Source: Polyangiales bacterium (lineage in GTDB: Bacteria > Myxococcota_A > Polyangia > Polyangiales > Ga0077539). Taken from it: a stretch of 64,000 nucleotides of DNA. Positions 48,649 through 56,800 of this stretch are shown piece after piece (position 1 is the first letter of the stretch; every line of letters begins with the position of its first letter). The stretch spans positions 64,001-128,000 of the forward strand of contig JBGARZ010000003.1 in the NCBI GenBank assembly GCA_044229975.1, read 5' to 3'. A program made the position numbers and the translations under genes. The notes under the pieces were generated by a model. The model made no database searches. It was not told the DNA's origin and saw nothing but the letters and a program-made list of their open reading frames with translations.

Positions 48649-51366
48649 CTACGCCTCGGCGAGGGCTTCTTCGGCGGTCGTGGTGTCGTCGGGGTTGGCT
48701 TCCGGCGCGAGGCCCGAGCTCTCGTCGAACTCGATGCGCCAGTCGCCGCTCGGCGAGAGGCCGATGTTGAGCTTCCGCGGCAGCGGGCCCTGCGCCATCT
48801 GCTCCAGCAGCACGCGCGAGACCGCGGGGACGAGCGAGCCGCGGAGGATGTGCTCGACGTTGCGGGCGCCGGTCTCGGCCTCCGTGCAACGGCGGGTCAC
48901 CTCCTCGATGAGCGCCGGGTCGAACTTCGTCTCGATGCGGTGGCTGGTGAAGAGCCGCTTCGAGAGCCCGTTGAGCCGCATCTCGGTGATCTCGCGGAGG
49001 ATCGACCGCGAGATGGGCGCGTACGGGATGATCGACATACGCGCGAGCAGCGCGGGCTTGAAGTGCTTGCTGAGAATCGGGCGGATCTGGTTGACCACGT
49101 CGTCCACGGCCGGGGGCTCGTCGCCCTCGTAGGCCTTCATGATCGCGTCCGTCGCGAGGTTGCTCGTGAGGATGATGATGGTGTTGCGGAAGTTGATGTG
49201 GCGCCCCTCGCTGTCCGAGAGCGAGCCCTTGTCGAACACCTGGTAGAAGAGGTTCATCACCTCGAGGTCGGCCTTCTCGACCTCGTCGAGGAGCACCACC
49301 GAGTACGGCCGCTGACGCACGGCCTCGGTGAGCACGCCGCCCTCGCCGTACCCGACGTAGCCGGGCGGCGAGCCGATGAGGCGCGAGACGGAGTGCTTCT
49401 CCTGAAACTCGCTCATGTTGATGACGGTCATGAAGCGCTCGCCGCCGAACATGGCCTCCGCGAGCGCGATGGCCGTCTCGGTCTTGCCGACGCCCGACGG
49501 GCCCACGAAGAGCAGCACACCCACCGGCTGGTTGGGGTTGTTGATGCCCGCCTGCGAGATGCGGATGGTCTCGGCCACCACGCTCATCGCGTGGTCCTGA
49601 CCGCGCACGCGACCGCGGAGCTTGTCCTCCAGCGAGAGCAGCGTGGAGATGTCGTCCTTCTGCATCTTGCCGACGGGGATGCCCGTCCAGTTGCCGACGA
49701 TCTTCGCGACGATGTCCACGTCGACGTCGGAGTGGACCAGCGACGGCTTGTTCTTCACGAGCTCGTGGGCCGCGATGGTCTCGTCGAGCTTCGCCTTCGC
49801 CGCTTCGCGCTCCTCGGGCTTGGCCGCGAGCATCGCCTGCCGCGCCTCGCGCACCAGGCGCACCGCGTCGCGCTCCTTGATCCAGCGCTCGGTGGTGTCC
49901 TTCACCTTCCCGTCGGTGCTCGCGATGCGCTTGATGAGCGAGTCGTACGCCTCCTCATCGATGGCGAAGCCCTGCGTGCGATCCTGCTCCAGCGCCTCGC
50001 GCTCGCGGTTCTGCGAGGTGAGCGCCACCTCCAGGTCGACGAGCTCTTCGGGCTTGGCGTCGAGGTTGATCTTCACGCGCGCCGTCGCCGTGTCGAGCAG
50101 ATCGACGGCCTTGTCGGGGAGCTGCCGACCGGAGATGTACCGGTGCGAGAGCTTCACCGCGGCCACGATGGCCTCGTCGCGAATCGCGATGTTGTGCGCC
50201 TTCTCGAAGATCGGGCGCAGGCCGCGGATCATCTGGATGGCGTTCTCCTCCGACGGCTCATCCACCGCGACGGGCTGGAAGCGACGGGCGAGCGCCGCGT
50301 CCTTCTCGAAGTATTTCTTGTACTCCGACCACGTGGTGGCCGCGATGGTGCGCAGCTCACCGCGCGCGAGCGCCGGCTTGAGCAGGTTGGCCGCGTCGCT
50401 GCCGCCCTGGGCGCCGCCCGCGCCGATGATGGTGTGCGCCTCGTCGATGAAGAGGATGATGGGCTTCGGGGAAGCCTTCACCTCGTTGATGACGTTCTTC
50501 AGGCGGTTTTCGAACTCACCCTTCACGCCGGCGCCGGCCTGGAGCGCGCCGAGGTCGAGCGAGAGCAGCTCGACGTTCTTGAGGCTGTCGGGCACCAGGC
50601 CCTGGATGATCTCCAGCGCGAGACCCTCGACGAGCGCCGTCTTGCCCGTGCCCGGCTCGCCCACGATGATCGGGTTGTTCTTGCGGCGGCGCGACACGAT
50701 GTCGATGAGCTGCCGGATCTCCTGGTGCCGACCGAAGACCGGGTCGATCTTCCCGTCGCGCGCCTTCTGGGTGACGTTTTCGCAGAACTTCGCGAGGTTC
50801 TCCGAGGTGCCCGGGGCCACCGCGCCAGGACCCTGCTGCGAGGCGCCGCTCGCGGTCGCGCCGCCCGGCTGGGCCACGCCGACCTCGGCGGTCTCCTTCG
50901 ACCCGACGATGATCTCCGTGAGCTGCGTGCGGAGCTGGTCGCGCGGGATGTTCTCCAGCTCGGGGAGGGTCTCCGCGCTGTACTTGCCGGGGTTGTTGAT
51001 GAACTGCTGGAGCAGCGCGCCGGTGCGGAGCCGCGTCGCGTCGGTCTCCAGCGAGGAGACCGTCCAGGCGTCTTCGATCCACTGGAAGATCGAGGCCGAG
51101 ATGGTGGGCTTGCCGCCGTTGCCGGTGCGAAGACCGCTGAGGGCCTTCTCCAGGCGACCGACCAGGCGCACCCGGTCTTGATCGAACTGGTGGAGGATGC
51201 CCGCAGCGTCGCCGTCGGCCGGGGACACGAGCTCGAGCAGCAGGTGCTCGACCGTGATCTCGTAGGCGCGAGCGCTCGCCGCGCGGGAGACCGACGCTTC
51301 GAGGGCGCGCGTCGCGGTCGGGGTCAGTCGTCGGACGAGGGTCTTGGGCTCAACGAGCAGTGCCAT
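48649..51366 (-). CDS. tssH: Type VI secretion ATPase TssH (ClpV)
   Basis: IDPVFGR, RRRKNNPI, GEPGTGKT, GAGVKGEFENRL, KDAALARRFQ, GPSGVGKT, GYVGYGEGGVLTEAVRQRPYS; adjacent to tssG. Confidence 0.93.
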   Translation of the reverse strand: MALLVEPKTLVRRLTPTATRALEASVSRAASARAYEITVEHLLLELVSPADGDAAGILHQFDQDRVRLVGRLEKALSGLRTGNGGKPTISASIFQWIEDAWTVSSLETDATRLRTGALLQQFINNPGKYSAETLPELENIPRDQLRTQLTEIIVGSKETAEVGVAQPGGATASGASQQGPGAVAPGTSENLAKFCENVTQKARDGKIDPVFGRHQEIRQLIDIVSRRRKNNPIIVGEPGTGKTALVEGLALEIIQGLVPDSLKNVELLSLDLGALQAGAGVKGEFENRLKNVINEVKASPKPIILFIDEAHTIIGAGGAQGGSDAANLLKPALARGELRTIAATTWSEYKKYFEKDAALARRFQPVAVDEPSEENAIQMIRGLRPIFEKAHNIAIRDEAIVAAVKLSHRYISGRQLPDKAVDLLDTATARVKINLDAKPEELVDLEVALTSQNREREALEQDRTQGFAIDEEAYDSLIKRIASTDGKVKDTTERWIKERDAVRLVREARQAMLAAKPEEREAAKAKLDETIAAHELVKNKPSLVHSDVDVDIVAKIVGNWTGIPVGKMQKDDISTLLSLEDKLRGRVRGQDHAMSVVAETIRISQAGINNPNQPVGVLLFVGPSGVGKTETAIALAEAMFGGERFMTVINMSEFQEKHSVSRLIGSPPGYVGYGEGGVLTEAVRQRPYSVVLLDEVEKADLEVMNLFYQVFDKGSLSDSEGRHINFRNTIIILTSNLATDAIMKAYEGDEPPAVDDVVNQIRPILSKHFKPALLARMSIIPYAPISRSILREITEMRLNGLSKRLFTSHRIETKFDPALIEEVTRRCTEAETGARNVEHILRGSLVPAVSRVLLEQMAQGPLPRKLNIGLSPSGDWRIEFDESSGLAPEANPDDTTTAEEALAEA

Positions 51367-52507
51367 GAACAGGGCCCTCCAGGGCCTTCGGTGCGGAGTC
51401 GTCGTTCGCCGGGGTCGCACCATGCTCGCCCGGAAGTTCAGGTCCCATCGGAACGGGGACGATCACGCGCGTCTCGCGGTCGGCCCCGACGGTCACCCAG
51501 GAGTCGAGCCCAAGGCGCGAGGCGCCCGCCGCGCTCGACGAGAGCCGCAGCGAGGGCGTCTCCCCTGGCGCGAGGATGAGTTCGAGATCGAACTCCAGCG
51601 GGTCGCGCACATAGAACGTGACCAGCTCCTTGATCTGCGCGAGCCCGGGCCCCCCAGGGAGAAACTGCTGAAACGCCTTGCGCTTGAGCGGCCCCAGCAC
51701 GAGGCGAAACTTGCCGCCGCGGTCGAACACCCGGCGCCCGACGGTGGCGTCGACGCCCAGCGTGGTGTTGGCGATGCCGAGCCGGAGAAGCTGCCGCTCT
51801 TCGATGGAGACCCAGCGCCCGACGAACTGCTCGACGGCGACGGGCGCGCCGATGAGCACCTCCTCCATCACGTCGGACACCGCGGCGATGAGCCCCTGCG
51901 CGGTGCGCGCACGCGTCGAGAGCAGCGGCGCGAGGCGCAGGAGGCGGGTGAGCGTGAGGTTGACCGGCGGCGGTTGGTCTTCGTAGGTGTCGATGCCCGC
52001 GAGGGCGAGCGAGCGGCGCGACCACGCATCGGTCGACCCGGAGAGGTAGTCGCTGGTGAATGAGTACCGGGCGTGCGCGCGGTAGAAGAGCGACAGCACG
52101 CGGTGGTGGAAGACGTCGAGAAACTCGCGCTGCGCGGGCCGCTCGTCGCCCTCGTGGAGCACCTCCTCGACGATGTACGTCGGGAGCGGCGAGACGGTGC
52201 CGGTGAGGCCGAGGAAGGTGGTGGTGATCTCGTAGACGGGCTCTTCGACGCCGTCGCCCGTCTCGCCCGCGCGCCGCGGACGGGCCGTGATGGTGGACAC
52301 GTCACTCGTCGCGAAGGACAGCGACGGGTCGTGACGGAAGCGGATCGACTCCTCGTTGACGGGGCCGTAGTCGCCGATGCGCGGGCCCTTGGTGGCGCGC
52401 TCCAGGATCTCGATGGCCCGGTAGAACCCCACGCGACGGGGCGAGCCGAGCAGGACCCCGACCATCGCGGTCAGAGGATCGGTTGCTGGCCGCTCTTTGC
52501 TTTCCAC
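51350..52507 (-). CDS. tssG: Type VI secretion baseplate subunit TssG
   Basis: FYRAIEILE, IRFRHDPSLSF, FLGLTGTVSPLP, FLDVFHHR, KFRLVLGPL, FLPGG. Confidence 0.92.
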   Translation of the reverse strand: MESKERPATDPLTAMVGVLLGSPRRVGFYRAIEILERATKGPRIGDYGPVNEESIRFRHDPSLSFATSDVSTITARPRRAGETGDGVEEPVYEITTTFLGLTGTVSPLPTYIVEEVLHEGDERPAQREFLDVFHHRVLSLFYRAHARYSFTSDYLSGSTDAWSRRSLALAGIDTYEDQPPPVNLTLTRLLRLAPLLSTRARTAQGLIAAVSDVMEEVLIGAPVAVEQFVGRWVSIEERQLLRLGIANTTLGVDATVGRRVFDRGGKFRLVLGPLKRKAFQQFLPGGPGLAQIKELVTFYVRDPLEFDLELILAPGETPSLRLSSSAAGASRLGLDSWVTVGADRETRVIVPVPMGPELPGEHGATPANDDSAPKALEGPVHGTAR

Positions 52508-54240
52508 TCGTACCTCGCGTTGGAGGGGTGCGACTTCACGTTGAGCTCGCTGAAGGTGTTGATGCCCGCGTGCGCCGCGAGCACCTCGTCGATCACCGAC
52601 GCGAAGAGGTAGAGGTCGCCGTCGCCCGAGAAGCTGCCCTCATCGAGCTCGATGGTCGTGCCGATGCCGCGCACCGGGACCCCCTTCACGAGGCGCTCGA
52701 CGGGGCGCGTGTGCACCTCGCGGATGCCCTCGATGCGGAGCCGGTTGGCGCGCGCGGCCTGCCGGTCGACGGCCGCGAGGAAGTTGTAGAGGTCGAGCAC
52801 GGCGCGCAGCGACTGGCGGTCGGCGAGCGCGCGGTAGTTGAGCGCGAGGTGCGAGATGAGCCGCCAATGCAGCGCCTGGCCGAAGGGCGGGCGCACGGGC
52901 ACGGTGACCGGGGTGATGTTCTTGAAGCGGGCGAAGGGCGGCGAGCCCGGCGCGGCCATGCAGATGTCGCCGACCTTGAGCTGCGACGGCAGACCCCGGT
53001 TGGTGCACATGAGCTCGACCGAGAGGGTCTCCTCGACGACGCCCGACGGGACGTCGCGCGGGGTCTGCACTGACAGCCAGGAGTCGATGCCGTCGTCGAG
53101 CGGCGAGTTGCTGCGGCGCACCCGGTAGAACGAAGGCACGTCATCGGGGAGCGACGCGTGCACGAAGTCGAAGAAGGGCTTGTACTCGCGGCGGTCGCTG
53201 CGGCCCGCCTGGAGCCCGGTGACCTTGTCGACGGAGTAGATCTCCATGTGACGCGGGTCGACCTCGCTCGCGCGCAGCATGTACTCGTGCTGCGCCGGGT
53301 CGAGCTTGAGGGGGTCGGCGTCGACGGAGAAGAGATTGATGACGGGCGCGCAGTGGAGCTTCATCAGGTCGCGCGAGATGCGCGACGGGAGCGACGGGGG
53401 CCGCTCGCCGCTCGGGCTGTTGCCGAACTGGAAGACGATCTCGAAGCGGTCTTCGGCGCGCGACGTGGCCGCGTCGAGGCCGCGCACGTCGATGACGTTG
53501 AACTTCGACGGGAGCGTGAAGTACTCCTGCAAGAGCCGGAAGCCGCCGGGCGCGAACTTCGGCCACGGGAGCATCGCGCAGCGCTCTTCGAAGCCCGCGG
53601 CGCGCACGGAGTTCTTGCCGATCTCGATGCCCTTGGCGCCGGAGGAGAGGCCGCGGACGGACACCGACGTGAGGTGCCGCATCATCCACAGCATCACCAT
53701 GGTGGTGACGCCGGCTTCGCCGTGGAGGTACAGCCGGATGCCGTCGGGGTGAAACACCGCAGCGCGCCCCGCCTCGTGCGTCTGAAACTGCACGCGGATG
53801 GCAGGCAACGAGGGCTGCGACAGGTCGTGGATGACGTCGGTGATCTGGAGCGGCAGGAGGTCGACGTCCGCCGTCGTGCGGAAGCGGCACATCGTGCCCT
53901 CGACCGGGTTGGCCGCGAGCTCGGTGTTGCGCGCGACGCGCTGCCGGGTGCGCAGCGCCCCCGCGACCGGCGTGAACTCCACGATGGAGCACGATGGCAG
54001 CGTACGGAGGTAGTGCGGAAGAAGGAGGTCGGTGAGGGTGTGGATGACCTCGGGGACGTCGTCGTCGAGGCGCTCGCGGATGCGCGCCGTAAGGAACGCG
54101 AAGCCCTCCATGAGGCGCTCGACGTCGGGGTCGCCGCCGCGCTCGGAGAGCATGCCCGCCACCGCGGGGTACGCCTTCCCAAACTCCTTCCCCAACTCGC
54201 GGAGGTAGGTCAGCTCGCTCTGGTAGTACTTGCTGAACAA
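52471..54240 (-). CDS. tssF: Type VI secretion baseplate subunit TssF
   Basis: TTG start; YYQSELTYLRE, DPDVERLMEGFAFL, LLQEYF, LHCAPVINLF, WRLISHLALNY. Confidence 0.95.
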   Translation of the reverse strand: MFSKYYQSELTYLRELGKEFGKAYPAVAGMLSERGGDPDVERLMEGFAFLTARIRERLDDDVPEVIHTLTDLLLPHYLRTLPSCSIVEFTPVAGALRTRQRVARNTELAANPVEGTMCRFRTTADVDLLPLQITDVIHDLSQPSLPAIRVQFQTHEAGRAAVFHPDGIRLYLHGEAGVTTMVMLWMMRHLTSVSVRGLSSGAKGIEIGKNSVRAAGFEERCAMLPWPKFAPGGFRLLQEYFTLPSKFNVIDVRGLDAATSRAEDRFEIVFQFGNSPSGERPPSLPSRISRDLMKLHCAPVINLFSVDADPLKLDPAQHEYMLRASEVDPRHMEIYSVDKVTGLQAGRSDRREYKPFFDFVHASLPDDVPSFYRVRRSNSPLDDGIDSWLSVQTPRDVPSGVVEETLSVELMCTNRGLPSQLKVGDICMAAPGSPPFARFKNITPVTVPVRPPFGQALHWRLISHLALNYRALADRQSLRAVLDLYNFLAAVDRQAARANRLRIEGIREVHTRPVERLVKGVPVRGIGTTIELDEGSFSGDGDLYLFASVIDEVLAAHAGINTFSELNVKSHPSNARYEWKAKSGQQPIL

Positions 54241-54367
54241 GCTTCGTCTGCTCCCGTAGCGGCGGACTCTAACAGCCCCTCATCCGCGACGTCATCCCTT
54301 CATCAGCCCCGCCCGAACGATGTGGAGCTCTCACCCCTGCGGTGCTCCGTGCTACCCGTTCGCGGCC

Positions 54368-55720
54368 GTGACCCGACCCACCCTCGTGCTCCTTCTCGTC
54401 CCGCTCTCGGCGGGGTGCAGCTCTCCGTCCGCGGCCCAGGATCGCCCTGCCCCGCCCGTCGACCGCCCGACGCCCGCGGTCGCCGCCCCGACCCCGACGC
54501 CCGCGCCCACCCCTCCGGTGCCCGCGCCCGCGCCGAGCGGCATCCCGCGCGACCTCAACGTCGTGATGATCTCCATCGACAGCCTCCGCGCCGACATGCC
54601 GTGGGCGGGCTACCCCCACGCCATCGCGCCCTTCCTCACGCGCCTGGAGTCCGAGGCCGTCTCGTACACCCACGCGTACTCCATCTCCTCGTACACCTCG
54701 CAGAGCGTCGGCGGCTTCCTCGGCGGGCGCCTGCCGAGCGAGCTGCGCCGCGACGGGTACTTCTTCGGCACCTATCCGAGCCGGGTGGTGTTCTTCCCCG
54801 AGCGGTTGCAGGCGGCGGGCATTCGCACCATCGCGGCGCAGGCGCACGGCTACTTCCGCCCCGGCCACGCGGGCTTCGAGCAGGGCTTCGACGTCTACCG
54901 CATGGTCTCCGACCTGCACTGGAACGCCACCACCGACGTGGACATCACCGGCGTCCGCCACGCCGACCTCGCGATGCGCCTGCTCGGCGACCCGGCCAAC
55001 ACCTCGGGGCGCTTCTTCGCGTGGTTCCACTTCATGGACCCGCACGACCAGTACCAGGCGCACCCGGGCATCCCCTACGGCCGCCGCGTGCGTGAGCACT
55101 ACGACGGCGAGGTCACCTTCGCCGACCAGCAGGTCGAGCGCCTCGTCACGTGGATCCGCGCCCAGCCCTTCGGCGCCCGCACCGCCATCGTGATCACCGC
55201 CGACCACGGCGAGAGCTTCGGCGAGCACGGCCACTACCGGCACGCCTTCCAGGTGTGGCAGCAGCTCGTCCGGGTGCCGTGGTTCTTCGTGATCCCGGGC
55301 GTCGCGCCGCGGCGCATCGACGCCAACCGCAGCCACGTCGACCTCGCCCCGACCCTCCTCGAACTCTTCGGCGTCGCGGCCGAGCCCGAGTTCACCGGCC
55401 ACTCGCTCGTCCCCGAGTTTGGTGGCGCGGCCCCCGAAGAGCGCGACGTCTGGGTCGACCTCGCCCGCACCGGCAACAACGACCGCCGCCGCGCGCTCAT
55501 CCGCGGCCGCTACAAGCTCACCGCCTACGGCGACGACAGCCGCTTCGACCTCTTCGACCTCGAGGCCGACCCGGGCGAGCTCACCAACCTCGCGCGCACG
55601 CAGCCGCAGGTCTACGCCGACATGGTTCGCCGCTACCGCGAGGCGCAGCCGGGCATCCGCAACCAGCACGTGAGCGGCTGCAACACCCTGACGGGCGCGC
55701 CTCCGGGACGCGGCTGGTGA
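54368..55720 (+). CDS. Sulfatase-like hydrolase/transferase lipoprotein (alkaline phosphatase superfamily)
   Basis: Lipobox LSAGC; SIDSLRAD, HFMDPH, YDGEV, TADHGE, DLAPT; TSQSV in place of CxPxR. Confidence 0.88.
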   Translation: MTRPTLVLLLVPLSAGCSSPSAAQDRPAPPVDRPTPAVAAPTPTPAPTPPVPAPAPSGIPRDLNVVMISIDSLRADMPWAGYPHAIAPFLTRLESEAVSYTHAYSISSYTSQSVGGFLGGRLPSELRRDGYFFGTYPSRVVFFPERLQAAGIRTIAAQAHGYFRPGHAGFEQGFDVYRMVSDLHWNATTDVDITGVRHADLAMRLLGDPANTSGRFFAWFHFMDPHDQYQAHPGIPYGRRVREHYDGEVTFADQQVERLVTWIRAQPFGARTAIVITADHGESFGEHGHYRHAFQVWQQLVRVPWFFVIPGVAPRRIDANRSHVDLAPTLLELFGVAAEPEFTGHSLVPEFGGAAPEERDVWVDLARTGNNDRRRALIRGRYKLTAYGDDSRFDLFDLEADPGELTNLARTQPQVYADMVRRYREAQPGIRNQHVSGCNTLTGAPPGRGW

Positions 55721-55721
55721 C

Positions 55722-56702
55722 CTACCGCTGGTACTCGCCGGGGCGGTAGCGCGACAGGTTGTCCCGCAGCCAAGACGCCACCCGCGCGACGCCCTCCTCC
55801 AGCGACACCTCGGCCCGCCAGCCCAGCACCGACGCCGCCCGCGACGGATCACCCAGCAGCCGCTCGACCTCGCTCGCCGATGGTCGGATGCGCTCCTCGG
55901 CGCTCACGATCTCCACCGTCGTCCCGACCACCTTCATGCAGAGCGCGGCGAGGTCGCCGACGGAGATCTCGCGCCCGGTGGCGAGCTGCACCGTCTGCCC
56001 GAGGGCCTCGTCGCGCTCGGCCGCCAGCAGGAAGCCGCGCACGGTGTCCTCCACGAAGACGAGGTCGCGCGTCGGCGTGAGCTTGCCGAGGGAGAGCGTT
56101 CGACCCGCGAGCACCTGCGTGAGGATGGTCGGCAGCACCGCGCGCGTCGACTGCCGCGGGCCGTAGGTGTTGAAGGGCCGCACCGTCACCGCGCGCAGCC
56201 CGAACGAGCGCACGAAGCTCTCGACGCACTGATCCGCGGCGATCTTGCTGGCGGCGTACGGGGACTGGCCGACGAGCGGGTGCGCCTCGGTGATGGGGAC
56301 GAACTGCGCCGTGCCGTACACCTCGCTCGTCGAGGTGTGGACCATGCGCGCGCCGTTCGCATCGAGGCACGCCTGCGCGACGTGAAGCGTCGACATCAGG
56401 TTGTTGGTGAAGACCTGCGAGGCGCACTGGTACGAGTACGGAATCGCGATGAGCGACGCGAGGTGGAAGGCCACGTCGCAGCCGCGCACGAGACCCCGCG
56501 CGAAGAACGGATCGGTCAGGTCACCCGCGACGACCTCGACCTCGTCGAGCACCACCCTGGGAAGCTGCTCCAGGGCGCCGCGGTCGCTGCGCGCGTTGTA
56601 GCGGACGAGCGCGCGGACCTTGTCGCCGCGCCGCACGAGGGCCTCGACGAGGTGGCTGCCGATGAAGCCGCCGGCGCCGGTCACGAGTGAGTGTCGTTGC
56701 AT
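55722..56702 (-). CDS. NAD-dependent nucleotide-sugar 4,6-dehydratase (LegB-like)
   Basis: VTGAGGFIGSH, LIAIPYSY, TSTSEVYG, SPYAASK, RPFNTYGPRQS. Confidence 0.88.
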   Translation of the reverse strand: MQRHSLVTGAGGFIGSHLVEALVRRGDKVRALVRYNARSDRGALEQLPRVVLDEVEVVAGDLTDPFFARGLVRGCDVAFHLASLIAIPYSYQCASQVFTNNLMSTLHVAQACLDANGARMVHTSTSEVYGTAQFVPITEAHPLVGQSPYAASKIAADQCVESFVRSFGLRAVTVRPFNTYGPRQSTRAVLPTILTQVLAGRTLSLGKLTPTRDLVFVEDTVRGFLLAAERDEALGQTVQLATGREISVGDLAALCMKVVGTTVEIVSAEERIRPSASEVERLLGDPSRAASVLGWRAEVSLEEGVARVASWLRDNLSRYRPGEYQR

Positions 56703-56763
56703 GGGCCGCGGGGCATATCACCAGTCCGCGCGGCGCTACCACCAGCAGGCCATCGGGAGGGCG

Positions 56764-56792
56764 TTGCAGCGCGGTGCGTCGTGCCATAGCTT
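56764..56792 (+). promoter_or_regulatory. Putative sigma70 promoter with a leaderless start
   Basis: TTGCAG-N17-TAGCTT, 8 nt before ATG 56801; no SD. Confidence 0.5.
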
Positions 56793-56800
56793 CGCGCGTC

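Noticed and set aside
48649..51366. ClpB chaperone call
   Set aside because: Adjacency to tssG/tssF and ClpV-type motifs (GAGVKGEFENRL, KDAALARRFQ, GEGGVLTEAVR) favour TssH.
48499..51579. 1026-aa plus-strand ORF
   Set aside because: Antisense shadow of tssH.
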